A DNA stretch of 64,000 bases from Paragordius varius (Eukaryota; Animalia; Nematomorpha): positions 1,116,001 to 1,180,000 of the forward strand of contig OZ176059.1 in the NCBI GenBank assembly GCA_964247055.1, written 5' to 3'. This document shows, piece after piece, positions 12,362 to 25,303 of the stretch. The position numbers and the translations under genes are program-made. Position 1 is the first letter of the stretch; every line of letters begins with the position of its first letter. The notes under the pieces are model-generated. The model saw only the letters and a list, made by a program, of their open reading frames with translations, ran no database searches and was not told where the DNA came from.

Positions 12362-15300
12362 TATAAAAAACACTTTTAATAATTTTATTGGGGATAAATA
12401 ATTTTATGAATATATCAGTTTATTAATACTATATAATATTTAGTAAACGGCAAATTTGTTCATCTTTTTTTCAAGCCATAGATCATAGAAATGTATACTA
12501 AGGTTAAAAACACTTTTAATATCTTTTTTTGAGAGATTTATAAATAATTTCATGATTATAATAGTTTTTTTAATATTATTAAATATTTAATAAACGGCAA
12601 ATTTATTCAGTTTACTATATAAGCCATAGATCATAGAAATAAATGTACTAACATTGTATGAAAAATAAAGTAAAAAAAACGATGTTGTAAAAAAACATAA
12701 AACCACCCGTAAATTGCAAAATCATGTTTTTATAATAAGAAATATTATAAAAAAACTCTTTTATTATAAAATCCCGAAAAAAAATTTGATAAAAAAATTT
12801 GAGATTAAAAAGTTTTTGGCATAATCATTGATGTTACTAAGTTATATGTGCCCCCGATATTTAATTTCATAATATAGTGTGGTTAATATATTAATTAATT
12901 AATGATCATCAATAAAGCTTTTTACTGCTTTAGCCTGAGATTTTCGAAAACAAGTTATAATTAAATTAAGGATAATTTTCATAATCATTAATATTATAAA
13001 ACTGCATTAATAGCGCACATATAGAGATTAGAAGAATTCTATGAAATAAAGGTAAAAGTAACCAATGGTTTAAAAATTTGCTTAAAAGGGGTTTAATAGT
13101 GCTCTATATATACCATTTACAATTCAAATTCACCCTCAAATAATTTATATGTCATAAGATTATAAAATATACCTATATTGTTATATATTTTTAAAAAATA
13201 ATATTTTGTTTAAAATTGAAATAATACTGAAAAATTAATAAACTATGCCATAAAGATATATTTTATATTAATAATGAGTTATATTAGCTGCCCGAAAACA
13301 CATAATTTATTTTTAGGGTGAATTTAAACTGTAAATGGTATAATATATTAATGTTTATTAGTTACAACATTTTAGATTTTTTATTTATTATATAAATATG
13401 TGTTTTCCATGTATTTCTATTATGATATGCTATGATTTTTTTGTAACATTATTATTGTACATACCATATTTAAAACATAAAAAATCAAACATTATACTTA
13501 TTACAAACAAAAAAAATTTAAGCTAAATGTTAAAAAGAAAAAACTGATAAAAAAATAAAATAAAAATTATAAACTAACCCAAGAAACTAACAATAAAAGC
13601 TGTATCCGATCCTATAACATCTCGCGTGGGGACAGTTATGGGATTAGAACTACCAACGACATTTGTTGTGTGTTGAGAAGGTGTATCCAACAAAAAACCG
13701 AATGGAAGGAACTGTAAAATTTTTACATTAAAATTATGATTAGAAAAATAATATATATATGTATAGACACTTTTTGTAAAAGAAGTTAGAAAAAAACATA
13801 TATGGGCAAAAAAGTAAATTTAAATATTAAATGGTCGCGCGAAAAATAACTTTAACATTTAGATTCAAATTGGCGTATCTACCAGACTAAATTAAAGTTA
13901 GGATTTTTAAAAACTACTAAGGAAACAGTCCCAATTTAAATTTATGCTTCTATCCTAATAAAAATTATATAATATCCCAAAATATCTAAGTAAAATGTTT
14001 TGAAAAAAAAGCATGTCAAACTTACTTGGACGCCATTTTTATTTATAAAATTTTTACAATATATCGTACATGTATTTTGAACGGTAAAATTAAAGCTAAT
14101 TTTTTATTTAAATTACATCTAACATTGATAGAAATAGAAAAAGCGGTTTATTTAGCATTATTTTTCAATTTTACCAATGCACACATGTCACGTTGACTAA
14201 ATTCGGTTTTACCTTAAAATAAGTAATATCATTTTTTTTAAATAATTTTTTTTTTAACTATTTATAAAATATACATAGTAGAGCAAAATTTTTACAGTAT
14301 TTTTGATAAAAAGCGATAAAAAAGGAGTCTGTTTGCTATCGCTATCCTTTCTCAAAAATTGTTAAGTATTGTAGATATACCATTTACAATTCAAATTCAC
14401 CCTAAAAATTATGTGTTTTCGGGCTAATATAACTCATCATTAATATAAAATATATTCTTATGGCATAGTTTATAGGTAATTTTTAATCTTAAAAAAACAT
14501 TATTGGTGATTTTAAATTGTTTAAGGGTCAATTTGAACTGTAAATGGTATATAATTATTGTTATAAAAAACATACATACATACCTGATAACGTGAAAAAC
14601 CGGTATTAGAATTATTTCTATGCGTCCGCCCATCCCCCTCACTACTGCTATTAGACTCGATCATATGGATTGGGCGATCTAAAGCTATACATATAATTTA
14701 TATCAAAAATAAAATTTAGGTATTTAAATATATCAAACTAGCTAACAAATTAAACAGTAAAAATTATTATATACACAGAGATACTAATAGTAAGATTAAC
14801 GGAGTTAGCAATAGGCCTACAAAAGTAAAGATAGAAAATGTATTTTACGATATAACTTTTTTAATTATATATAATATATATGCAAAAATGATAGATTATA
14901 AATTTTAGCGTTTTAATTAAAAAATCAAAATAATAATTTAATTATAATAACAACATACGCGTATTAAGTGGAATGTTTGAAAAGTTATGATGTGGTATAA
15001 TGTGTTGAGCTCCTCCATCTATTAAATCACCATGATCACCGTCTCTAACGCCTATTTCAGCCGCTTTGGCTCTTTGAGCCTCCTCATAAGTCGGTAATTC
15101 ATTTACCGCCGTATACGGGGGTGGTATACTAAAATAATCGGGTGGTTTAGGTAAATTATCATTTATTAGTTCACTAGATTGAATAGTTGGATTGTTACCA
15201 TTACTGTTATCTTGTGCAGTATATGATAAAATATTACTATTATTATAATTGGGATTGTAGTTTGTCGTTATATTATTGCTTGGTTGATTATTTGTGTTAT

Positions 15301-15476
15301 GAGGTTGGGATATGATCGGATTGTTGGGTAAAACGGTATTTGGAGTTGTTTCTAAATAATATGTGAAATCATATAAAAAATATACCATTCGTATTATCAA
15401 TCTGAATAGTGGTATCAACTGTGGTAGAATTTTGTTTAGATTGGCTTTTGTCCGAATCAGATCTTAAATCAGTCAT
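9205..15476 (-). CDS. NDFIP: NEDD4 family-interacting protein (NDFIP1/2-like), 321 aa, 6 coding exons
   Basis: Exons 15476-15386, 15351-14959, 14678-14584, 13711-13579, 12133-12009, 9333-9205; phases 1,1,0,1,0; 966 nt. Three PY motifs (PPDY, PPPY, LPTYEEA), GSDTAF..FIFNWIGF..LAGRCGALAGFGLS..KW, and C-terminal LWWFLIILG..KGSIQY. Confidence 0.93.
9368..9638. mobile_element. Family B MITE
   Basis: TATA-CCATTTACAATTCAAATTCACCC ... GGGTGAATTTGAACTGTAAATGG-TATA with 21-bp AACAATTCAAATTCACCCTT(G/A) units. Confidence 0.85.
10201..11932. mobile_element. Family B MITE split by a ~1.4-kb foldback insertion
   Basis: B left half 10201-~10300 and right half ~11760-11932 are colinear with the intact copy 51168-51474; between them lie inverted arms ~10311-10895 and ~11250-11745. 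Confidence 0.75.
12170..12650. repeat. Three diverged ~150-195-bp tandem units in NDFIP intron 4
   Basis: GCCATAGATCATAGAAAT at 12280, 12475 and 12623, each preceded by TAAAC(A/G)GCAAATTT. Confidence 0.7.
13113..13338. mobile_element. Family B MITE
   Basis: CCATTTACAATTCAAATTCACCC ... GTAAATGG with TATA flanks. Confidence 0.8.
13855..14230. repeat. Dispersed repeat family G with terminal hairpin
   Basis: Homologous to ~38646-38960, ~54225-54575, ~55755-56260 and ~56285-56640 (CATCTAACATTGATAGAA; GGGGTATTTAGATACCCC hairpin); no TIR pair seen. Confidence 0.65.
14380..14547. mobile_element. Family B MITE, internally deleted
   Basis: Both TA-CCATTT termini with TATA flanks; 36 nt from the donor of NDFIP exon 3. 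Confidence 0.8.
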
Positions 15477-17284
15477 AACTAACTAGAAAGTGTGAAAATC
15501 AATGTTTATATAAGATAAAGGTATTTCATCATTGCTAATAACAAAATGCACACAGGACATATATTTTGGTAGATAGATGTGTCAGCATTATTAGTACTTT
15601 TGTTTTGGGCCTTACAAGTAATCCAAAAAAATTCGACTGTTTTAGCAATGATTCAAGTAAAATCGCATTTTTATTATTTTAAATAAAAATTTTTGGTGAA
15701 AGCTAATTGTTTCATTCAAAAATTACCATTTCATATAATCATATATGAAAAACATATCTTTTTTATCAAATTTTAAGATTTATCCTTCAAAAATATGAAA
15801 TTTGTAGCCCAGACTAAAATGGGCTGGTTTATTTATAATAAACTTAAAAATACCGATTTTGCGATAATAACTTTTAATATATGGTGGATTATAATCATTT
15901 TTAAAATAAACCTTTTTTAAAAATATTTTATTAAAGTTTTTAAGCGCATAATGTTTTGAAGCATAGGGCAAACGGTATAAAAACACTTTAAGATATTATT
16001 AACACTTTTCTATACGATTATTTGACGCTAAACAAGTTTATCACTTCAAAATTTTATTAAAACATTTGGTCATCAATAATTTTTTGAGAAAACACATTAA
16101 ATTGTAAGATTAAAAATATTTTTGATCTAAATCTGAGTCATAAAAAAAATTCTGAATCATCAAATAATATAAAAAAATTATCTCTTTCGTTTTCACCATG
16201 CCAAAAAACATTGTAAAATACGTTTATCTGCTAAAAATTAAAATTTTTAGCTAAGTATCTTTTTTTCGGAATATTTTTTGATATAACAGAGGTTACTCAC
16301 AAAAAACTTAAAAAGCCGCAAAAAAGGCCGTGCATTATATAATGAAAAATTGCATAGCAGCTGACAATTGCGCAGATATTTATAAACTACATTAAAAAAT
16401 ATAATAAATAATTCAGGACTATAAAAAAGCACTTTTAGGGCTGGCTTCACTGATTTAGCGTATATGAAAAATTATTTTCTCACAATCTTATATTTGCGTT
16501 TATTAAAAAAACTATCACATTTTGAAACTGCGAAGTCACATCTAAAAATTAAAATTTAATTTGAATTTAGTTTTTGCTTTAAAAATAATTGATATTATTC
16601 AAGGATGATTAATAAAGCATATAGCTTTGGCTATCTTATTTTGTTTAGCATATGGTGCACTAACTTTGCGACAAACTAAGAGGTTATATTTATTTTCTAG
16701 ATGCCTCGTATGACCCAAACAAAATTACCATGAGAATTATACAATTATCTATCAGAATATATATTTCATCAGAATATTTTTTGTTTCTGTGTGTGAAGCA
16801 ACTATCACCTTTATTGAATGACTCATGAAGCCCAAAACCGAAAGCGAGAATCCTGATACATTTGTTTATTAAAGGATATATAATTTTTCATATTGCTAAG
16901 CCCCTCGATTTTGCACAATGTGTTATGCAAAATTTTTTACAAAGTGAATTATAAGTTTAAATTTTGGTTAAATCGCCAGAATTATTTTAAAATTTTAATT
17001 TAGATTGATTTGATCAAATAACAGCGGATTTTGGTTAATGATTGGAATTATAATCAGCGTTTTGCATTTATTACAGTTGGGTGCTGTCCAATTTTCAGTT
17101 ATAAGATATGAAAGCTTTTTTTAATATATAAGCCCATGTTTAATAATCATTTCAAAACGCTGACACAGAAAACACCATAAGTCGGTCATTGAAGCGTTAA
17201 CTAACCTAAAAAAGCAATCGATATTTTTTCAATATTTAAAAGTTGACTGTTTATTTCTATTGGGATATAATTCAAATTTTAAAT

Positions 17285-17456
17285 CAGGGGTGTTCAACAC
17301 AAAGGATTTGTGGCTTACATTTGAAAATATAAACATAGTTTGTTGCCAATTGGATGGATTTAATGAGAGTTTAAAGATATATCAATTTTAATATGATTTC
17401 GTATTGCAAATAATAGATTTCCAAATTTTTTGCGAGTCTTATGTGGACCACCCCTG
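17285..17456. mobile_element. hAT-type MITE
   Basis: CAGGGGTGTTCAAC ... GGACCACCCCTG; left flank TTTTAAAT fits an nnnTAnnn target. Confidence 0.7.
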
Positions 17457-18188
17457 TGTTAAAGCAATGGTATTTGGAATTTTTTAGTCTATCTTATAAT
17501 TAAATCATAGATAATAACTTTTACCAATTTATTGCCAAAAACCAGTGAAAATTTTCAAATATTTTTAAATTATTATATATTTAATAAAGAGTTAAATTGC
17601 ATTGTAAATATTTTCCTCCATATGTTTCACACTGTTGCAACCTGTTAAAAGAGGAGCTAAAACATTTCTCCACAAAAAATTACCGCTAATATTTATAGTT
17701 CCTTAATTTCTGTTATTAGATATACTTTTTATTGTTTAATGTTAAAAAAACACTTTGTTAATAAGCGTTATTCATTTATCAGTTACTATTATTTCTAAAA
17801 CGGATTGAAAGGAGTTTTGTTCATTGGTGCTCTAATGACGAATCTAAAATTAACTACCATATTGAGAATTAATTATATAAAAGATAAATAATGTCTAACT
17901 AAATCATTATAATTTTTTTTAAGAAAAGAAAATTTTAAGTTAATCAATACAATTTATTTAATTTACGTTCTATACAGAATGTGGGAGAGAGAGACTCCAA
18001 AATTATTAGATTATTAATATTATAAATTATTAAACTTTTTTTCATTAACGTTAAATCTTATTTTATGATAGAGTATGCATATGGTAACAATCATATATTT
18101 TTTAATATAAGGTTCAAAATATAATTAATATACACAAACCAAAATATATTAGGACTATAATAGTATATATATCTAAATATATATTATT

Positions 18189-20365
18189 ATGAGCTCTAAA
18201 AAACATTCGAAAGATAAATCAAGTCCAGAATCACATCCAATGTGTTATGAAAGCGAAAAAGCCAAAGAAAAGTGCATTCATGATAAAGGTTTGCCACATG
18301 CTTCTTAAAACTATACGGACAAAACGTAAAACCTAAATTAATCCTAGTAATATACTTGATATAATAATATAATTGATTATGTTATTAATATACATCCTAA
18401 TTTTATACTTTGGAACTTAAAACAATGAGTTATTTTAAATTAATAAGATTTAAAAAGTATGGTGTTGTCTTTCGAGAAAAAAATATTTGTCTTTATATTT
18501 TTACGTTTTGTCCGTATAATTTCAATTTTACTGTAAATTACAACAATTTTTTTAAAATTTATAACAAAGTAAAAAAGATATATATACAAAACTACTATTC
18601 TTTTTATTTTTTAAAAAATGAGGATTTGTCCGCTCAATATTTTGATACTAATATAGCTAACATAGACTTAAACATATCCAAATCATTTTGCCTCTATTTA
18701 TGCATAAACACAATTATTATTTATAAGGAAAACAAAATTGCTATGAATGCTCGGGTTTTTTGTTTTTCGATCAAATTAGCTTTGATCATATCCTATGTTT
18801 TTACACTCATAAATAATGTGGCTAATTATACACCATATAAAAATGTAAAATATGTTTAAATTTTTCAGCAAAATTTAAAATAACACTTTCTGAATTAAAA
18901 CGATATAATAAACTAAAATATATTACAAATTAATCTTGAATTTCTTTCTCTGAGGCTTATTACCAATTTTTTATATGTCCCCAGAAAAAAATTATGATTT
19001 CGGTTTCATAAAATCGAATTCAATTTTATTATCGAAACTCTAAATTTTATTGACAAAGAACATTTTATTTTTTTGAATATTTTGTATTCGTTGAATGTTA
19101 GTCGAGTTTAACATATATATATATATATCGTCATATTGATCGCGATTAGGGTTAAAAATATAAGGCTCAATATTCGCATCATTACTATTATTTTTGAGAT
19201 AAAATTAAATTAAATTCTTCAGTTGATTTTTAATTAATATATATATCATAAATTTTATAATTTTTAATTTCTATATGATCCATATTATATTAAAAAATAT
19301 ATTTAAAAATTTGTATTCGTTTTTTTGGCTTATTTTGAGGGCTAAAATTTATTCTAGAAAAAACCTATTGGACATAATGATACCAGTTTAGAAAAATTTA
19401 GATATAGATGTGCCAAATAATATTATATAGAATGTGCTTAAGTTATCCTTATTTAAGTGTCTCAACCTCAACTTACATCGAGGTGGATTATAAAAATGTA
19501 AAAGACAAAGGGTTATGACGCTAGATTGGCCTGATTTGTAATAATTATTGGTTATTATTTAAATTTGATAATTTTGTAAAAGATGTCAAAATAATAATGT
19601 ATAATCCACAAAAATCTTGGTTTATTGATTTTGTTTATATGTGTCTCCATATACCATTTGCACTTCAAGAGTGTCCTTAAAATTTCAAGTTCGTCCTTAA
19701 AATTTTTATATTTTGATACCATAACTTTTGCATGTATTTTTTAATTTTATTATTTTTTAACCTAATTTTCTTGGTTTATTATATATTTATTCATTAGAAA
19801 AAAAATATTCAAAAACCACATTTTTTATTTCAAACTAATTTTTTTTTGCAATTTAACAAAATTATTAACTTTTGAATGTTTTCAATGTAAAATTGTGAAT
19901 AATAACCCAAAAAACTTATATATTATTAAATTACGTGTTAAAATCTGATAAATATCCAAAATAATTTCAAGAAATTAATAATATACGGTTTTTCAAGGAT
20001 TAAAAGTTGATATTGATTTAAAATATATCTTTAATGATAGAAAATAGGTTCAAAACGATAAAATAGATGAATGATATCCGATTTTAAGGTTTAAACAAAA
20101 CAAAAATGTTAAAGGGCCAACTTGAAATGTTCAACCACCAACTTGAGGTGTTCAAGGACACTTTTGAAGTGCAAACGGTATATTAAGCTAGGCAATATCT
20201 GTCGGTATTATATCCCCTGAGACCAATCATTTTATTTGGCCTGTCAAAATTTTTTGGTACGTACTACTTTAAACTATATATTAAATAATAGGTGAAGCAA
20301 ATTGTAAAAAGATGATAGAAGCTTATCTCAAATGTATGCGTGATATGGAAAAAAAATCCCACTAA
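18189..20365 (+). CDS. COX17: COX17-like twin-Cx9C mitochondrial intermembrane-space protein, 57 aa, lacking the Cys-Cys copper site
   Basis: Exons 18189-18288 and 20292-20365 (phase 1, GT-AG) give MSSKKHSKDKSSPESHPMCYESEKAKEKCIHDKGEANCKKMIEAYLKCMRDMEKKSH; aligns without gaps to human COX17 [32 protein letters not shown] (Cx9C-x8-Cx9C). Too short for the ORF track. Confidence 0.85.
19654..20178. mobile_element. Family A MITE in the COX17-like intron
   Basis: TATA-CCATTTGCACTTCAAGAGTGTCC ... GAAGTGCAAACGG-TATA. Confidence 0.85.
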
Positions 20366-20500
20366 AACTCAATTTTGTCCCATTGTATAATTCTTATTCT
20401 ATATTGTATTACATATGTTTCATATATAATGTTAAATTGATGTCAATGATGTGAATATAGTATACGTTTTATTATATTTTATGTGGTTTTATATCAATTA

Positions 20501-22381
20501 CTAGCTGTCCCTGTCACGCTTAGCTGTGATATAGTCGCACCTATAATTATAATTAAAAATTTGCAATAAATAGAGCTAATGGAGATAAAATAAAAAACGT
20601 ATTTAATAAAAAAATATCTTTAATTTTTCTTTTACGGGTTTTTGCATAGGCTCAAATATTGTTTACTCGAAATTGACCATGTTTAAAATGTCCCTTATTA
20701 ACGTTAATATTCAACTATTATTGGATTTAATTTGAGATTTTCGTTTTACGAAATCATGGTTAATAGTTCTATTTTGAAATTGTGTTTACACATCTCGGAT
20801 CAAGGGATAAAAAAAGTAAATTATTTGTGGTCCCTTTTTTAAGGAAAGAATGATAGACGAATTCGCCAGATATGTATTTAACTGAACTCGTATGGCTTTT
20901 TAAGTTTTTTAATCGGCTCCAAAACAACGCCATTTTTGTATGGCATCTCAGTTTTAAACCGGTAGACCCCACCCATAGATCCATATGGAAAAGCGCTGAG
21001 TTAATGCCTTTATAGAGCAAATATTTAGAATCATCTTTGATACCATCATCTCATGGGTATTCGAAAAAACAACACTTAATCGTTATATGATGGCGTATTT
21101 TAGGGGCAAAAAGGCCCCAAATTAACGGCTAATTAAAAAACGCCTGACCATTTTTATCTAGTTACAGGTAATATTTCAAGCTTTTAATGAACTCATATGG
21201 CTTCATAAATTTTCTGTAAATTAGCTCCAAAATAACGCAATTTCCTATAGTGGCGCAGTTTTTCGGGTAGCCCCTTATCCAGGGGCAGGTATAAAAAAGC
21301 GTAAAGCAAAATTTTGCCTTTATATGGGGAATATCTGGAATTATCATTCATTCCATATTTTCTTTATAGTTTATGGAAAAATGGCTTCAAAACTAAATAA
21401 TAGTTCAATGATAGCGTTTTAGGGCTTAAAGGGCCTATTTAACCGCTAATATAAAAGAACCGCTCCACTTAAATTTTTGGCTTTTTACAGGTAATATTTC
21501 AGGCCCTTAAAAAACTTATATGGCTTGATAAGTTTTCTGAAAAGTAACACCTAAACAAGGCAATTTTTATATGGTGGCACAGTTTTAGGCTGGTAGCTTC
21601 CTACCCAAAGACTGAGACAAAAAAGCACTTAAAATTTTTGACCTTTTAAGAATACCTGGAATCGAAAGATTCCATATGCTCTTATTAGTTTTTTAAAAAT
21701 TGCCTCAAAATTGAAAAATCATTCTATGGTGGCGCATTTTTCAGGGCGTGAAGGGCCTAATTAACGGCTAATTTTAAAAAACAGAGCGATCTAAATTTTT
21801 GCCTTGTTACGGGTAATATCATTGATAGGTTTTCTGATATTTAGCCCCAAAGGCACGCTGATGGGACGGGTCAGTTTGTAGCGGGTATCTCCTTACCCAG
21901 CAGCTATGAAAAAAAACGCTTGACTAAAATTTTTGCCTTTTAACAGGGAATACCGGAAATCCTTATTAAATTTTTACGGTCTCATACTTTGGGCAAAAAA
22001 TAGATTCAAAAAATTATTTTTGGGGCTTTGTTTTTTTTGAAAAAAATGGCATTTTACAGGGGGAGCGAGTAAAAAGAGGGCCTAAATTAAAAAAGCGAGC
22101 CGATTATGTTCGGCGCAATCGAAAATAAGTTAACAAAAATCATATTTGAATTCAAATGGTCCAACACGTTTTCGGAAAAATTGTCTCATAGACACGATTT
22201 TTATGGACTTTTGTTTTTTAAAAAAACCCGTTAGAAATGGGGGCCTAATTCAAAAAAACAGCGAACCTATTATCAGGGCATCCATTAATAATTATATTTT
22301 TTCGACATTTGGATTTGAATGGGTCTACCGGTTTTCCGGATACAGATCACAAAGCCAGCATTTTCCAATTTTATATATAGG
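20501..22381 (-). mobile_element. Non-autonomous Helitron with internal ~320-bp tandem units
   Basis: Minus strand: A|CCTATATA 5' end, hairpin (TCACAGC..GCGTGA) then CTAG|T 3' end; GGCC..TTAAC(G/C)GCTAAT recurs at ~21113, 21434, 21753; homologous to 58890-60347. Confidence 0.75.
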
Positions 22382-23399
22382 TACATAAAAGATCTTTTAT
22401 TTTATGACAATTTAATTATTGTTATATGTTTATTTAATTTTAAGTTAATGTAATTAAATTTTAACGTTGAATTATGATTTTTTTGTATCATCAATATTTA
22501 AAGCTAATTATTTTCAACATTTTAATTTTTCTTATAAATTGTGTTATTTCAAGAGTCCTTAAATACTTTAAATTGGTTCTAACATTTTTTATCGTTATTT
22601 TTGTATGTAAAATTCTATTTTTTAAATTTAAACAAATAACTTTATTTAGTAATTTTTCATTTAAAAAACAACTTTATTTGTTTTAAACTAATTTTCTTAA
22701 ATATAACAATATTATAAAAATATAAACGTTTTAAACTAACTACTACAATCAATAACTTATAAAACTTAGATATTTTTATTAGTTAAAAAATTATGGAAAA
22801 TAATAGTACGGTTTTAAAAAAATTAATTTATATATTTTACGATACTCGCTCATGTGACATTCCAAAATAAGTCAGTAAATTTTTTACCCTCATAAACCAG
22901 ATGACCAAAAAATGAAAAAATAAAAAACATAGTTTTATTTTGATTTAGAAATTTTTTTACTGAATGAAATTATGAATGTAAAAATTGGTGAGTTTAGCTA
23001 GTAAATAATTACTTAATTATAGTTTCATAAAAAATTTTTGTCTTCTAAGTTTTGAACTGAGAATTTATAGAAACCCTATTTATCATTTTAGTTTTTATAT
23101 GTAATATTTTCTAAAATAATAATAAACCTAATAATCTCAACTTTTATTATTTTTTGAATTATAGTTAATCCTTAATTTTTAATCTTTGGCCGATTTTGAT
23201 TTTATTTCATAATCAATAAGCCGGTTTTAGCTCAATCAAAAAATTATTTTGCCAATTTTTTTTACAAGTATTAGACCCTATAAAGGCAAAAAAAGCTCGA
23301 AAATTTAAATGTAAATTTAATAAAATAAAGATTTGACTATACAAGCGCATTAAAGACGTTATGGAAATGGCTGGCAATATATAGGCATCTAACCTGTTT

Positions 23400-23880
23400 T
23401 TTGTGATAAAACACATAAAATTATTAATGAACTTGTCGTTGACGATAGGTTTAGAATGAATGTTTCAATAATAATTCGGATATTGTACTTTTTCGATTGT
23501 GATATTGGATCTACTGTCCACAAAATGTATAATTTAGCAGTCTTAACAATTCTTTCATCATATGGAGGCATAATAATAATTTTATCAAGTGGTAATTAAA
23601 AACTTGCTTCCATACCTCAATTATGGCCTGATGTCGGTTCTCCCGTGTGATTTTTACTGTTCTAGGCTGGCTGTTAGAGTAAACCGTTAAAAATTCATAT
23701 AGCCTCCTACAAGGTTTAGCCTTGTCAACGAGTGTAATGGCAGCGTTTTTGGTTCTACACATTTTAGCGAAGAAGTGGTTGGGTTTTCTGCATTTGTGTT
23801 GCGCATTCCGGTTCTAGGCGGGACACTTGGATTCATGTTATGTAACGCTTCTTGCATGAATGTGACCGAGGTTTTGCTTG
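23400..23880 (-). mobile_element. Ty3/Gypsy gag(-protease) relic
   Basis: Minus strand gives SCKK..(H)..KCPA*NR..HKCRKPNHFFAKMCRTK, resembling the double zinc knuckle CPAxxxxCxKCxKxNHFAKMCRS of Gypsy gag; downstream is weakly protease-like; many stops; boundaries uncertain. Confidence 0.5.
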
Positions 23881-24439
23881 TTCTAATCTATTTAAATTGA
23901 TAATACCATTGTTTTAAATGGTATTGTATTATCAATATGTTGTTTTATAAATGCATATATAACGAACGAGATATTGGCGATTGTTGGACTATAGATCCAC
24001 ATCCACATCCGAGTTTGAGCGATGATGCCATAATTGAAATAACAAACATTTTAACATTAATAAATGGCACCTCCTGTACAAAGCAGGCAGGAATAAATTC
24101 GGCTGTAACCTAGGGCATTATACGAAAAAAATTAAACAAAACCCCAAACTAGTATACAACCGATGAAAACTCAAAAGCTGCTCAACTTTATGATTATGCC
24201 GCCTAAGGAGCACGGCTGAATACCGTTGATTATGCCCTTTAAGTCCACTTTATCTGAATTATAACGTGAAAATAAAAAGTTTGAGTGGTAAAAATGTATA
24301 TATACATATATAACCAAAAAACTAAGTTTCTTATTTATATCTATTGAAATAATTATTAATGAATGATGGATGTTATGTTATTTCAGCATTATTGTAAACA
24401 ATTATTGGATACCTGGATAGGATACGGAAGCGGCGAGAT

Positions 24440-24758
24440 ATGCAAAATTAGCATATGTTGCCTGAGATCAAAGCATTCAACACTAAACAGTATGGATTTT
24501 GTTTGTGAATTTGCTCTCCACCTACAATATAAACCATACTATCTTTTGATAAATTACTCCATTAATTTTAAAACAGCACAACCATGTCTAGCCCATTTCA
24601 AATGTGTCCAACAATCCTCCAATTTAAACCCATATTTTTATTATTCATTGTAAGCATTTGTATGTGATCAAGACTCTATTCTACTCTCTGATGATTTGTC
24701 AGAATTCCATTTGATACCTCCAATTATTATATAAAGCGTCTCTCTACAGTTTTATAAA

Positions 24759-24795
<37 letters not shown>

Positions 24796-25251
24796 CTTTG
24801 TCCAGTGTCATTTTCCTACGCTTTAACCATATAATTATTATAGATCAAAATAATACTTATTTTGTTTACCGGATCATAACAATCTACTGAATTTTCTAAT
24901 TTGGAGGAGGAAATTCCCCCCCCCCCCCCCAAAACCCAGATAAGACCTTTCAAAACAGTGTGCATGAAAAAGCCATTCTCGGTGAAATTAAGATTGGGTC
25001 AAAACACTCAACTCATGTCAATATTCTAAATAATATATTTAAATTTAACAACTTATTTAAAATTCCACAACCACCAATCTCGCATACAATCGGCCATGAA
25101 AAGATATTAATTGATGATACCTGCGAAAGAATCGTAGTGTAGGAACGCGCCATATTATCAAACATTGATTAACTCTGCTTTTTATTTTTATGACAATATT
25201 TAAGGGAATCCCATTTAATTCACCACCTTTTATTAATATTTTATACCTGAA

Positions 25252-25303
<52 letters not shown>

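Noticed and set aside
14942-15418. ORF-track N-terminus MIPLFRLIIRMVYFLY for NDFIP
   Set aside because: It reads through the 34-nt intron; the spliced ATG at 15476 gives a better model.
16690-16850. Minus-strand open stretch ILAFGFGLHE..SYEASRK*
   Set aside because: No recognisable family and no linking exons; may be UTR or repeat.
19470-19523. AG..GTAAGT-bounded 54-nt minus-strand segment
   Set aside because: No compatible partner exons found; antisense to the COX17-like intron.
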